Source: a virus
Taxonomy: Duplodnaviria > Caudoviricetes
Length of the DNA: 64,000 nucleotides
Virus record (IMG/VR): IMGVR_UViG_2898133256_000001
Span: 1-64,000 of that record
Reading direction: 5' to 3' (one strand)
Position 1 is the first letter of the stretch, and every line of letters starts with the position of its first letter. Shown piece after piece: positions 1-8,698 of this stretch. Made by a program: the position numbers and the translations under genes. The notes below the pieces were generated by a model that saw only the letters and a list, made by a program, of their open reading frames with translations, ran no database searches and was not told the origin of the DNA.

Positions 1-666
1 GTGAGCACCTCCGCAACCTGGACGGAGAAGCTGGCTGTCATCCGCGCGCGCCATGCCGCTGCGACGAAGGGCCCGTGGTTCTGGTTCGGGTACCTCCGCT
101 CCCGCTCGGTCGGTCTGCACGTGCGCGGCGCCACGTCGGTCATCGAATTCAGCCGCTGGGGGACGCAAGGTGCGCAGCCCCTGTTCTCGGTGGAGGGCAT
201 CCTCACCGACCTGCCGGAGCTCGTCGTCCCCGACACCGCCACGGGGCGGGGGCGCGTCACGGACATCAACCACCCGGACGCCCGGTTCATCGCCGCGTCC
301 TGGGAGGATGTCCGTGCCCTGCTCACCCGCGTTGACGAGTTGGAGGCGCAGGTTGCCGCGCCGCCCGCGCCGGCTACTCCCGTCGTCTGGCAGTACGCCC
401 TCCGCAATGACGCGGGCCACTGGCTCGCCGACATCATCCTTCGGTCCGACGGTTCTCTCTTCGCGCTCTCTGACTGGGGCGGGTACGTGTACCGGTGGAA
501 CGCGACGGGCTCCGCATGCTTCCGCTCGTGGCTGTCGCGCCTCACGCCCGACTACATCGCGGAGAAGACGAGCCTCCCGTTCGCCGAGCAGGTGTGGCCG
601 GCGCTGGTTGCTGCCCTTCGCGCGGAGCTGGCCGCCGAGCAGCAGGCTCAGGCGGTGGCGTCATGA
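1..666 (+). CDS. Phage hypothetical protein with Ea22/Ead-like N-terminus
   Basis: AATKGPW and DARFIAAS motifs typical of Ea22-like proteins; stop overlaps next ATG. Confidence 0.6.
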   Translation: MSTSATWTEKLAVIRARHAAATKGPWFWFGYLRSRSVGLHVRGATSVIEFSRWGTQGAQPLFSVEGILTDLPELVVPDTATGRGRVTDINHPDARFIAASWEDVRALLTRVDELEAQVAAPPAPATPVVWQYALRNDAGHWLADIILRSDGSLFALSDWGGYVYRWNATGSACFRSWLSRLTPDYIAEKTSLPFAEQVWPALVAALRAELAAEQQAQAVAS

Positions 667-1211
667 GCACGTGTCCGAGCACATGGGCCGTGCTGAGCGA
701 CGACCGATGCTACCGGTACGTCCTGGGCCGCCGGTGGAGCGATGCTCCCGCTCTCGTCGTTGTTGGCCACAACCCGAGCACCGCCGACGAGAAGCTGGAC
801 GACAACACCATCCGCAAGGAGGTGGGCTTCGCGAAGCGCTGGGGCTTCGGCGCGCTCGTGAAGGGCAACGTCTGTGCGTGGCGGGCCACTGACCCGGACG
901 CGCTCACCCTCGTGCCGGGCGCGGTGGGCCCGGACAATGACGCGTGGCTGGCGCTGCTGGTGTCGGGCGCTGACTTCGGCACCGGCACGGCCGGCGCCGT
1001 TGGGCGAGTGATGGCGGCATGGGGGACGCTGCACGCCGAGAGCAAGGCGCAGGTGGTGCGCGAGCGCCCGCGCCAGGTGCTCCGTGTGCTCACCGCCCAT
1101 GCGGACGTCTACGCGTTCAAGACGACGAAGGACGGCCACCCGCAGCACCCGCTGTACCTGCCCAACGACACCGAGCCCGTCCTCTACCGCCCCAAGGCAG
1201 GTGGCGCATGA
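663..1211 (+). CDS. DUF1643 family protein
   Basis: YRYVLGRRW, NPSTADE..DD.TIR, RATDP, AAWG, GHPQHPLY motifs; ATG 663 overlaps upstream stop. Confidence 0.85.
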   Translation: MSTCPSTWAVLSDDRCYRYVLGRRWSDAPALVVVGHNPSTADEKLDDNTIRKEVGFAKRWGFGALVKGNVCAWRATDPDALTLVPGAVGPDNDAWLALLVSGADFGTGTAGAVGRVMAAWGTLHAESKAQVVRERPRQVLRVLTAHADVYAFKTTKDGHPQHPLYLPNDTEPVLYRPKAGGA

Positions 1212-1456
1212 GCACGTGCCCTCCGCCCATTCGTGGGCACATCGCATTCACTTCGGTGCCCGGGCCGCTCGGCTGGCGCACCGTCATCCGTGGCGACGGA
1301 CTCGAGTCCGTTGAGGTGGACGCACGGACGCGCCGAGACGCCGACGACACGGCCCGCGACGTCATGGCCCGCCAGGCCTGTGCCGCCGCCCGCTCGGGCC
1401 ATCCGCTCAACCTGAACGACTACGCCGTCGAACTGCAACTCGCTGAGGAGGTCTAG
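1208..1456 (+). CDS. Hypothetical protein
   Basis: ATGA overlap, GC-rich codon usage. Confidence 0.55.
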   Translation: MSTCPPPIRGHIAFTSVPGPLGWRTVIRGDGLESVEVDARTRRDADDTARDVMARQACAAARSGHPLNLNDYAVELQLAEEV

Positions 1457-1458
1457 CC

Positions 1459-1806
1459 ATGCCGTGCCCGTACTGTGCTCCTGGTCGTCGCCGTCCGGCT
1501 GCTGACCCTGGCGAACCCACCGCCGCCGCGAAGAATGACCTCACCGCCCGGCAGCGGGAGATTCTCCGTTTCATCGTCGACGTCCGGGAGCGGCGCGGGT
1601 TCTCGCCGAGCATTCGCGACATCGGCAAGACGTTCCGCATCACGTCCACCAACGGCGTCAACGACCACCTCAAGGCGTTGGTGCGCAAGGGCTGCCTGGA
1701 CCGCGACGCGATGACTGCGCGCTCCCTGGTGCCTACCGAGTCCGGGCTCCGCGAGGCCTCCCGCCACCCAGTCACTGCCACTACCACCGAAGGAGTCGAG
1801 TCATGA
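1459..1806 (+). CDS. LexA-type winged-helix DNA-binding domain protein lacking the S24 autoprotease domain
   Basis: LTARQREILRFI...GFSPSIRDIG...STNGVNDHLKALVRKG...ARSL; only 115 aa; GAGGAGG RBS. Confidence 0.85.
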   Translation: MPCPYCAPGRRRPAADPGEPTAAAKNDLTARQREILRFIVDVRERRGFSPSIRDIGKTFRITSTNGVNDHLKALVRKGCLDRDAMTARSLVPTESGLREASRHPVTATTTEGVES

Positions 1807-2105
1807 GCGAGTCCACCCAGGAGTTCGTGCAGTACACCCGCGAGCAGCTGCTGGAGAAGTCCACGGAGCTGGCCGCCATCCTCGACAAGCTCGACACCTG
1901 CCGCGAGGCGAAGTCGACGGCGATGAAGGACTTCAAGAAGGAGGAGTCGGACCTGTCCATGCAGGCGCGGACGCTGGCGAAGGTCATCCGCCAGAAGGGG
2001 GAGTTCCGCGACCGGCAGCGCTCCATGTTCGAGGCGGATGAGGACGCGGACGCGGGCGAGGGGCTGGCGACGCCCACCGAGCGGAAGCGCCGGAGCGACG
2101 CGTGA
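1803..2105 (+). CDS. Hypothetical coiled-coil protein
   Basis: AAGGAG RBS, ATGA overlap. Confidence 0.65.
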   Translation: MSESTQEFVQYTREQLLEKSTELAAILDKLDTCREAKSTAMKDFKKEESDLSMQARTLAKVIRQKGEFRDRQRSMFEADEDADAGEGLATPTERKRRSDA

Positions 2106-2320
2106 GCACCGTACCGCAGGGTCTCACGTTGAAGGGGAAGGTCATCCGCTCGGGCCCCGTCGTCTGTACGTGCGGCAATGTCATCGACCGCTCCGTGGCG
2201 CGCTTCGAGCCGCTCGGAAAGGACGCCTTCTTTCTCATCATCCGCCCGGCCCATTCGACTGACTCCGGCGCCGAGTGCGCGGGCCCAGACCTCAACGCGA
2301 AGGAGGCTCCCCGTGGGTGA
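2102..2320 (+). CDS. Hypothetical protein
   Basis: GTGA overlap; CTC/H/C possible Zn site. Confidence 0.5.
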   Translation: MSTVPQGLTLKGKVIRSGPVVCTCGNVIDRSVARFEPLGKDAFFLIIRPAHSTDSGAECAGPDLNAKEAPRG

Positions 2321-2897
2321 GACTCACTGCGGCGCTCGGAACCCCAACTGGAAGGGCGGACGCTCCCTCGCCTCCAACGGCTACGTGCTCATCCGGGTGG
2401 GCGTGGGGCACCCGGCGGCCGACGTCCGCGGCTACGCCTACGAGCACCGCCTCGTCGCCGAGCAGGTGCTGGGGCGTCCGCTGCTTGAGGGCGAGCAGGT
2501 CCACCACAAGGACGGCGACAAGCAGAACAACGCGCCGGCGAACCTCGAGGTGCTCACCCAGCACGAGCACCGCGCCGAGCACCGGAAGCACGAGCGCGGA
2601 CTGCGCGTGCCCGGCGGCCCCAACCCGCTGGTCCAGTGCGCATGCGGCTGCGGCTCGACGTTCCCCAAGTACGACGGCTGCAACCGCCCGCGCCGCTACG
2701 TGAGCGGGCACAACCCGTCGGACTCCCCTGTCCAGCGCAAGGTTCTGGCGGCCCTCGACGCTGGCGTAATGCGCGTGGCGCTGGTGGCGGAGCACGCCGG
2801 GATAACGGTGCGCGCCGTCAAGGCGACGCTCTCGCGACTCGCGAAGTTGAACAAGGTCCGCCGCGTGCGGCACGGAGAGTGGGTGCGCCATGGCTGA
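2313..2897 (+). CDS. HNH endonuclease with CxCGC motif and C-terminal HTH
   Basis: NPNWKGG, YEHRLVAEQVLGR, VHHKDGDKQNN..NL, CACGCG; AGGAGG before GTG 2313. Confidence 0.85.
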   Translation: MGETHCGARNPNWKGGRSLASNGYVLIRVGVGHPAADVRGYAYEHRLVAEQVLGRPLLEGEQVHHKDGDKQNNAPANLEVLTQHEHRAEHRKHERGLRVPGGPNPLVQCACGCGSTFPKYDGCNRPRRYVSGHNPSDSPVQRKVLAALDAGVMRVALVAEHAGITVRAVKATLSRLAKLNKVRRVRHGEWVRHG

Positions 2898-3888
2898 GAC
2901 GAGCATCGAGTGGACGGACGTCGTCTGGAACGTCACGAAGGGCTGCAGCCGGAAGTCTCCCGGGTGCGGTGGTGGCACTCCCGGAAGCCGGAAGGGCGGC
3001 TGCTACGCAGAGCGAATGGCCATCCGCATGTCAGGGTTGGGCCAGCCGTATGAGGGGCTCGTGGAGTCCACTCCGGCTGGCCCGCGGTGGACGGGCAAGG
3101 TGGTGCTGGACCCCGCGAAGCTTGACGAGCCGCTCCGCTGGAAAAAGCCCCGGCGCGTCTTCGTCAACTCCATGAGCGACCTCTTCCACGAGGCGCTCTC
3201 GTTTGAGGACATCGACCGCGTCTTCGCGACCATGCGCCTCGCGGAGCGACACACCTTCCAGGTCTTGACGAAGCGGGCGGACCGGATGCGTGAGTATGTG
3301 GAGTGGGCGCGCAGGCGCTCTGTCGTCGACGGCATCGAGGTCGTCCCCGGGAGCCCCATCACGTGGGAGCGCGCTCACCCCAACGTGTGGCTGGGGGTGT
3401 CCGTCGAGGACCGGATGCGCGTCGAGCGAATCGCTCATCTCCGCGCGACGCCGGCGGCGGTTCGCTTCATCTCCTTCGAGCCATTGCTCGAGGATGTCGG
3501 GACAGTGGACCTGGCCGGCATTCACTGGGCAATCGTCGGCGGTGAGTCTGGGCCAGGCGCTCGTCCCATGCACCCGGTGTGGGCGAGGCGCCTGCGTGAC
3601 CAGTGTGTGAAGGCCGGGGTCGCCTTCTTCTTCAAGCAGTGGGGGGCGTGGAAGCCCTACTGCACCATGACGGAGTCCGAGGCCGACGCGCTCTATGAGG
3701 CGCTCCCGGAGGGCGTCCCAGACGACGCGCCGCGCCGCTGCACGGTGGCGTCCGCGACGTTCCCCACCGAACCCCTTCCTGTTGGAGGCGAGGTCCACAC
3801 CCTGTTCGAGTTGGGGAAGAAGCACGCGGGCCGGATGCTCGATGGGCGCACCTGGGACGAGTACCCGGCGGAGGCGCGCCATGCGTGA
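2890..3888 (+). CDS. Phage Gp37/Gp68 (DUF5131) family protein
   Basis: TSIEWTD..WN..GC...SPGC...CYA, FVNSMSDLFH, LTKR, SFEPLL, GGESG, FFFKQWG. Confidence 0.9.
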   Translation: MAETSIEWTDVVWNVTKGCSRKSPGCGGGTPGSRKGGCYAERMAIRMSGLGQPYEGLVESTPAGPRWTGKVVLDPAKLDEPLRWKKPRRVFVNSMSDLFHEALSFEDIDRVFATMRLAERHTFQVLTKRADRMREYVEWARRRSVVDGIEVVPGSPITWERAHPNVWLGVSVEDRMRVERIAHLRATPAAVRFISFEPLLEDVGTVDLAGIHWAIVGGESGPGARPMHPVWARRLRDQCVKAGVAFFFKQWGAWKPYCTMTESEADALYEALPEGVPDDAPRRCTVASATFPTEPLPVGGEVHTLFELGKKHAGRMLDGRTWDEYPAEARHA

Positions 3889-4522
3889 GCGTCCGCTCCT
3901 CTTCTCTGGGCCGATGGTCCAAGCGCTGCTGGACGGCCGGAAGACGGTGACTCGTCGGCTTGTGAAGGAGCGACACTTCTCGCCCGAGTTCCACGCGCGG
4001 TGCCCTGCTGTGGGTGTCGCTCAGTCGCTGCGCGAGTTCTCACCCCCTTGCCCCTACGGCCAGCCCGGGGACCGGCTCTGGGTGCGCGAGACGTGGGCGC
4101 TCGATGACTGCGGCGCAGACGGCGAGCAAGTCGTGTGGCGCGCGGACCGTGCCGCCGCATGGAGAGAGAAGCTCGGCGACATCTACTACCTCGCGTCGGA
4201 CTACGAGCCCGAGCGCTGGCGCCCCTCCATCCACATGCCGCGCTGGGCCTCGCGCCTCACGCTGGAGGTGACGGCGGTCCGCGTCGACCGCCTGCACGAC
4301 ATCACCGAGGACGACGCGGTGGCGGAGGGCGTCGAGCGGCACCCGGAGGCGTGCGGCTGGCGCAACTACGAGCCCGAGCCGGCCTTCGAGCACGTCACCT
4401 ACCACCCGACGGCGCGTGAGTCGTTCGCGTCGCTCTGGCGCTCCATCAACGGCGAGGAGTCGTGGGCCGTCAACCCCTGGGTGTGGCGCGTCGAGTTCGC
4501 GCGCGTGGGGGCCTCGACGTGA
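3881..4522 (+). CDS. Conserved phage protein (ASCH/PUA-like, RPILFS family)
   Basis: ERPLLFSGPMV..LLDGRKTVTRR, CPYG.PGDRLWVRE, WRPSIHMPRWASR, NPWVW. Confidence 0.8.
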   Translation: MRERPLLFSGPMVQALLDGRKTVTRRLVKERHFSPEFHARCPAVGVAQSLREFSPPCPYGQPGDRLWVRETWALDDCGADGEQVVWRADRAAAWREKLGDIYYLASDYEPERWRPSIHMPRWASRLTLEVTAVRVDRLHDITEDDAVAEGVERHPEACGWRNYEPEPAFEHVTYHPTARESFASLWRSINGEESWAVNPWVWRVEFARVGAST

Positions 4523-4704
4523 GCCCTCGCGCCCGCACGGTCGTCCTCGCCGGGCTCGCCCTCGCGTTTTCCTGCGCTGGCGCCCACTCCGCGCGCGCGG
4601 ACATCCACCAGTGGCACGCCGCGCTCAAGGCCGGCGTGTCTGTCGTCCTCCTTCTCGGTGCCGCTGTCCTGGCCGGCGCCGCCTGCCGTCGGAGCCGTTC
4701 ATGA
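4519..4704 (+). CDS. Small membrane protein
   Basis: Two hydrophobic stretches; overlaps both neighbours by 4 nt. Confidence 0.45.
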   Translation: MSPRARTVVLAGLALAFSCAGAHSARADIHQWHAALKAGVSVVLLLGAAVLAGAACRRSRS

Positions 4705-6329
4705 GCTGCAGTCAGGGCATCATCGTGGACCTGTTCGCGGGCGGTGGCGGCGCGTCCACCGGCGTTGCCGCTGCTGTCGGGCGGGACCCTGACGTGGCCC
4801 TCAACCACGACCCACCGGCCATTCGCGTCTACAAGGCCAACCACCCCAACACGCTGTGCCTTGCCGAGGACATCTGGAAGACGCCGCCTCGCGAGGTGGT
4901 GAAGCTTCTGAGAAAGCACCGTGCCAGGTCTGGACGCCCGTTGAAGTCCTGGAAGGTGTGGGCTCTCTGGGCCTCGCCCGACTGCACCCACTTCGCGAAG
5001 GCGCGCGGCTCGAAGCCCCGACAGAAGAACATCCGCTCCCTGGCGCACGTCGTCGTGCGCTGGGCGCGCGACGTCTCGCCGGAAATCATCTTCCTGGAGA
5101 ACGTGGAGGAATTCGTCGGCTGGGGCCCCCTCTACGAGGTGGGCCACGTCATGCCGGATGGGCGCGTCCTGCAGGAGGGGGACAAGCTCATCGACATGCC
5201 CATCCCGGAGCGGAAGGGCGAGTACTTCGACATGTGGCGCGGCCAGCTCGAGCTGCTGGGCTACCGCGTCGAGTGGCGCCTGCTCACCGCGAGCAAGTAC
5301 GGCGCACCGACGAACCGCAAGCGCCTCTTCCTCGTCGCACGCCGTGACGGCCAGCCCATCGTCTGGCCTGAGCCCACGCACGGCCCCGGCCTCCTGCCCA
5401 TGCACACCGCGGCGGAGTGCATCGACTGGAGCCTGCCGGTTCGCTCCATCTTCGGGCGCAAGAAGCCGCTCGTGAAGAAGACGCTGTGGCGGGTCGCGCA
5501 GGGCATCCGGAAGTACGTGTTCGAGAATCCGCGCCCCTTCATCATCAAGGTGAATCACGGCGGGCTGGTGGACAGGAGTGAATCCATCGACGCACCGCTG
5601 TCCACGGTGACGGCGACGCGCAGAGGCCATGCCCTGGTAGCGCCCACGCTCATCCAGGCGGGGTATGGCGAGCGGCTTGGGCAGGAGGCTCGGACGCTCA
5701 ACCTGCACGCGCCGCTGGGCACCGTCGTCGCGCAGGGGCGCAAGCACGCCCTCGTCCAGACGTTCCTCCAGGAGCACCACCTGGTGGCCCCGTTCATCGC
5801 CAAGGGCTACGGCGGTCACGTGACGCCCGGCATCCGGGCGGATGGGCCGTTGGACACCATCACCACCCAGGACCACCACGCGCTGGCTGCGGTGACGCTG
5901 GCGACGTTCCGCGGCACCGCGGCGAACCAGCCGGGCGCCGCCTCCGTGGAGGAGCCACTCGGCACCATCACCGCGGGCGGCATCCACGTGGCCGAGGTCC
6001 GCGCCTTCCTCACCGCCTACTACGGGTCCGGGAGCGAGGGGCAGCGGCTCGACGACCCCATGCGGACCATCACCGCCGTCAGGCGCATGGGTTTGGTGCT
6101 CGTGGAGGGCGTCGAACACCAGATTGTCGACATCGGCCTCCGGATGCTGGAGCCCCACGAGCTCCTCCGCGCCCAGTTCGGGAAGTACGCCGAGGGCTAC
6201 GACCTGAGCGCCGTCCCCAGCAAGGCGGGGAAGGTCAGGCTCATCGGAAACAGCGTCTGCCCCGAGGCTGCCGAAGCAGTCGTGCGCGCCAACCTGGGCG
6301 ACGCCTTCGCGGGCCGGAGGGCGGCATGA
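4701..6329 (+). CDS. DNA cytosine-C5 methyltransferase with long repeated variable region
   Basis: DLFAGGGG (motif I), SPDC (IV), ENV (VI), R.RLF (VIII), IGNSV (X). Confidence 0.93.
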   Translation: MSCSQGIIVDLFAGGGGASTGVAAAVGRDPDVALNHDPPAIRVYKANHPNTLCLAEDIWKTPPREVVKLLRKHRARSGRPLKSWKVWALWASPDCTHFAKARGSKPRQKNIRSLAHVVVRWARDVSPEIIFLENVEEFVGWGPLYEVGHVMPDGRVLQEGDKLIDMPIPERKGEYFDMWRGQLELLGYRVEWRLLTASKYGAPTNRKRLFLVARRDGQPIVWPEPTHGPGLLPMHTAAECIDWSLPVRSIFGRKKPLVKKTLWRVAQGIRKYVFENPRPFIIKVNHGGLVDRSESIDAPLSTVTATRRGHALVAPTLIQAGYGERLGQEARTLNLHAPLGTVVAQGRKHALVQTFLQEHHLVAPFIAKGYGGHVTPGIRADGPLDTITTQDHHALAAVTLATFRGTAANQPGAASVEEPLGTITAGGIHVAEVRAFLTAYYGSGSEGQRLDDPMRTITAVRRMGLVLVEGVEHQIVDIGLRMLEPHELLRAQFGKYAEGYDLSAVPSKAGKVRLIGNSVCPEAAEAVVRANLGDAFAGRRAA

Positions 6330-7567
6330 GCACCGGCACTCGCCTCCGAGCTCCGTTCCCGTGGTTCGGCGGGAAGTCACGGGCCGCCCACCTGGTGTGG
6401 GAGGCGTTCGGCGACGTCGCCAACTACGTGGAGCCCTTCGCCGGCAGCCTCGCGGTGTTGCTGGCCCGCCCCACGCCCCCGGGCGTGGAGACGGTGAACG
6501 ACCGCGACACGTACCTGGCCAACTTCTGGCGGGCGCTCCGCGCCGCGCCGGACGAGGTGGCGAGCCACACGGACTGGCCCGTCAACGAGGCGGACCTCCA
6601 TGCACGCCACCGGTGGCTCGTGGCCCAGGGGGACTTCCGGCAGCGGATGCGCGCGGACCCCGAGTACTTCGACGCGCGGGTGGCCGGCTGGTGGGTGTGG
6701 GGACTTTGCCAGTGGATTGGCAGCGGCTGGTGCGCCCAGCCTTCATGGGAGGCCCAGGAAGCGGCCGGCGCCGAGAAGACGTGCGGCATCGCCACCAGCG
6801 AGTACTCGAAGCGGCCGATGCTCGACAAGCCGGGGCGTGGCGTCCACCAGCTCTCGGTGCGCGAGACCCAGGACGCACGCCTGCGAGACCTTTGGAGCAA
6901 CACCGAATGGGCGCGGCGTCCGCACCTGAGCCACGGGAATGGCATCCACGCCCGCCGGGTGCAGGACCTCTCCGGCTCGGCCGGCTGGGAGAAACGCCCA
7001 AGCCTCGCCCGTGGAGGGAAGGGCGTGCTCCGCCTGTCGAACCAGATTCCCATGCTGGCGGGGGACAGCGGAGCCACCGGGCGCGGAGTCCTCGCGAGCG
7101 GGAAGCGGGGGGGCGTCTACGACTGGATGCAGGCCCTGGCGGAGCGGCTGCGGCACGTCCGCGTCTGCTGCGGCGACTGGAGCCGCATCCTCTCGCCCAA
7201 CGTCACCGAGCGCATCGGTGTGACGGGCGTGATGCTGGACCCGCCGTACTCCGACGCGGCGGACCGGGACCCGAGCATCTACGCGGAAGAGGACCTGCAG
7301 GTGGCCCACCTAGTCCGCGAGTGGGCCCTGGAGAATGGCGACAACCCCCGGTTGCGCATCGCCCTGTGCGGCTACGAGGGGGAACACGAGATGCCCTCGA
7401 GCTGGCGCTGCGTCGCGTGGAAGGCGCCCGGCGGCTATGCGGCCGCGCGCGGCAACCACGAGAACGCCCTGCGCGAGCGCATCTGGTTCAGCCCCTTCTG
7501 CCTCTCGCCCGCGGATGAGCCCATGCGAGGCCTGCCCATGGCGGGTCTGCTTGGAGGTGCCCCGTGA
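6326..7567 (+). CDS. Dam-like (D12 class) DNA adenine methyltransferase
   Basis: PFPWFGGKS, YVEPFAGS, VND, LDPPY. Confidence 0.92.
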   Translation: MSTGTRLRAPFPWFGGKSRAAHLVWEAFGDVANYVEPFAGSLAVLLARPTPPGVETVNDRDTYLANFWRALRAAPDEVASHTDWPVNEADLHARHRWLVAQGDFRQRMRADPEYFDARVAGWWVWGLCQWIGSGWCAQPSWEAQEAAGAEKTCGIATSEYSKRPMLDKPGRGVHQLSVRETQDARLRDLWSNTEWARRPHLSHGNGIHARRVQDLSGSAGWEKRPSLARGGKGVLRLSNQIPMLAGDSGATGRGVLASGKRGGVYDWMQALAERLRHVRVCCGDWSRILSPNVTERIGVTGVMLDPPYSDAADRDPSIYAEEDLQVAHLVREWALENGDNPRLRIALCGYEGEHEMPSSWRCVAWKAPGGYAAARGNHENALRERIWFSPFCLSPADEPMRGLPMAGLLGGAP

Positions 7568-8244
7568 GCGCCTGCGCCACCGAGCGCGCACCTCTCGTTG
7601 CCGTCACCGTGGCACCCGCATGGGCCCGCGCCGTGGCCAGGCGCTGCAACAGCGTCCTCAACGTGCCTGGCCTGCCCGCGGGTGTCGGCCCGGGCGCATA
7701 CGTGGCCGTCTGCGCCGGCGAGGGCCGGGACGATGCCCTCGTGGAGTGGTTCCGCCGCGAGGTGGCCATCTGCACCCCGCCCGAGGACGAGCTCCCGACG
7801 CGCGTGGTGGTGGCCGTGGGGCGCCTCGCGGCGGTGTCCGAGTACCCGGCCGCTGCGCAGCACCACCGCTGGCGGCACTTCGCCAGCAGCCCCTGGTACG
7901 GGGGCCCGGTGACGCTGTGGCTGGAGGACGTCGTCACGCTGCCCGCGTCCGTGCCGTGCGAGCTGCGCGGTGAGGGAGAGCTATGGGAACTGCCGCCCGA
8001 CGTCCAGGCCCAGGTCCGCGCCGGGTACGGCCAGGTGGTGCGCGAGGACGAGGAGCGGTGGGCGCAGTACCAGTCGAAGGCCACGGGGTGCTCCGTGCCC
8101 ATCGCCCGCGAGGGGCTCCGTGAGAAGTGCATCGTCAAGTGCAAGCAGCCCGGCTGCACCCTCGCGACGGTGAGGTGCTCCACCTGCAAGGCGTGGAAGT
8201 GCAGTTGCACGCCGCACGTCTGCTCCACGGAGGCACGCCCATGA
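7564..8244 (+). CDS. Hypothetical protein, possible ASCH-like domain with Cys-rich C-terminus
   Basis: APAWA, SPWYGGP..WLEDV, G..LW; GTGA overlap. Confidence 0.5.
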   Translation: MSACATERAPLVAVTVAPAWARAVARRCNSVLNVPGLPAGVGPGAYVAVCAGEGRDDALVEWFRREVAICTPPEDELPTRVVVAVGRLAAVSEYPAAAQHHRWRHFASSPWYGGPVTLWLEDVVTLPASVPCELRGEGELWELPPDVQAQVRAGYGQVVREDEERWAQYQSKATGCSVPIAREGLREKCIVKCKQPGCTLATVRCSTCKAWKCSCTPHVCSTEARP

Positions 8245-8429
8245 GTCCTCTGCTCTTCGCACTCGTGGAGCACCGCTGGCACCAGGAGCTGGCCCACGTC
8301 TGCCGGATGATGGCCAACCGGCAGCAGCTGGGCATCCCCCTGGGGAACCACGCCGTACGCGCCGCGGCCCAGGTCGAGCACATCGGCTGGTGGCGCTCCT
8401 GCTGGCCCCTCGTCGGAGGTGGGCGATGA
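8241..8429 (+). CDS. Hypothetical protein
   Basis: GGAGG RBS, ATGA overlap. Confidence 0.45.
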   Translation: MSPLLFALVEHRWHQELAHVCRMMANRQQLGIPLGNHAVRAAAQVEHIGWWRSCWPLVGGGR

Positions 8430-8695
8430 GCAAGTGCCTCCTCCGCGCCACCCAGTGCTCCGTCTGCGGCGCGATGATGCTGGGCGGCGAATACACCGAC
8501 GAGGGTGTGCTGACGCCGCACGCGCCTCTCCCTGCGACGGAGCGCGTCCGGGCCGCCCACCAGGGCGAGTGGCCCACCTGCCAGCACGGCACCGCCTACC
8601 GCGCGGGGTGCCGCAGCCAGCCCGTCCTCCCGGCCTGCTGCTGCGCGCCGACGCCCCTTCTTCCTTCCGCACCTGTCGCCACTCCGGAGCCGTAG
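8426..8695 (+). CDS. Hypothetical Cys-rich protein
   Basis: GGAGG RBS, ATGA overlap. Confidence 0.45.
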   Translation: MSKCLLRATQCSVCGAMMLGGEYTDEGVLTPHAPLPATERVRAAHQGEWPTCQHGTAYRAGCRSQPVLPACCCAPTPLLPSAPVATPEP

Positions 8696-8698
8696 CCC

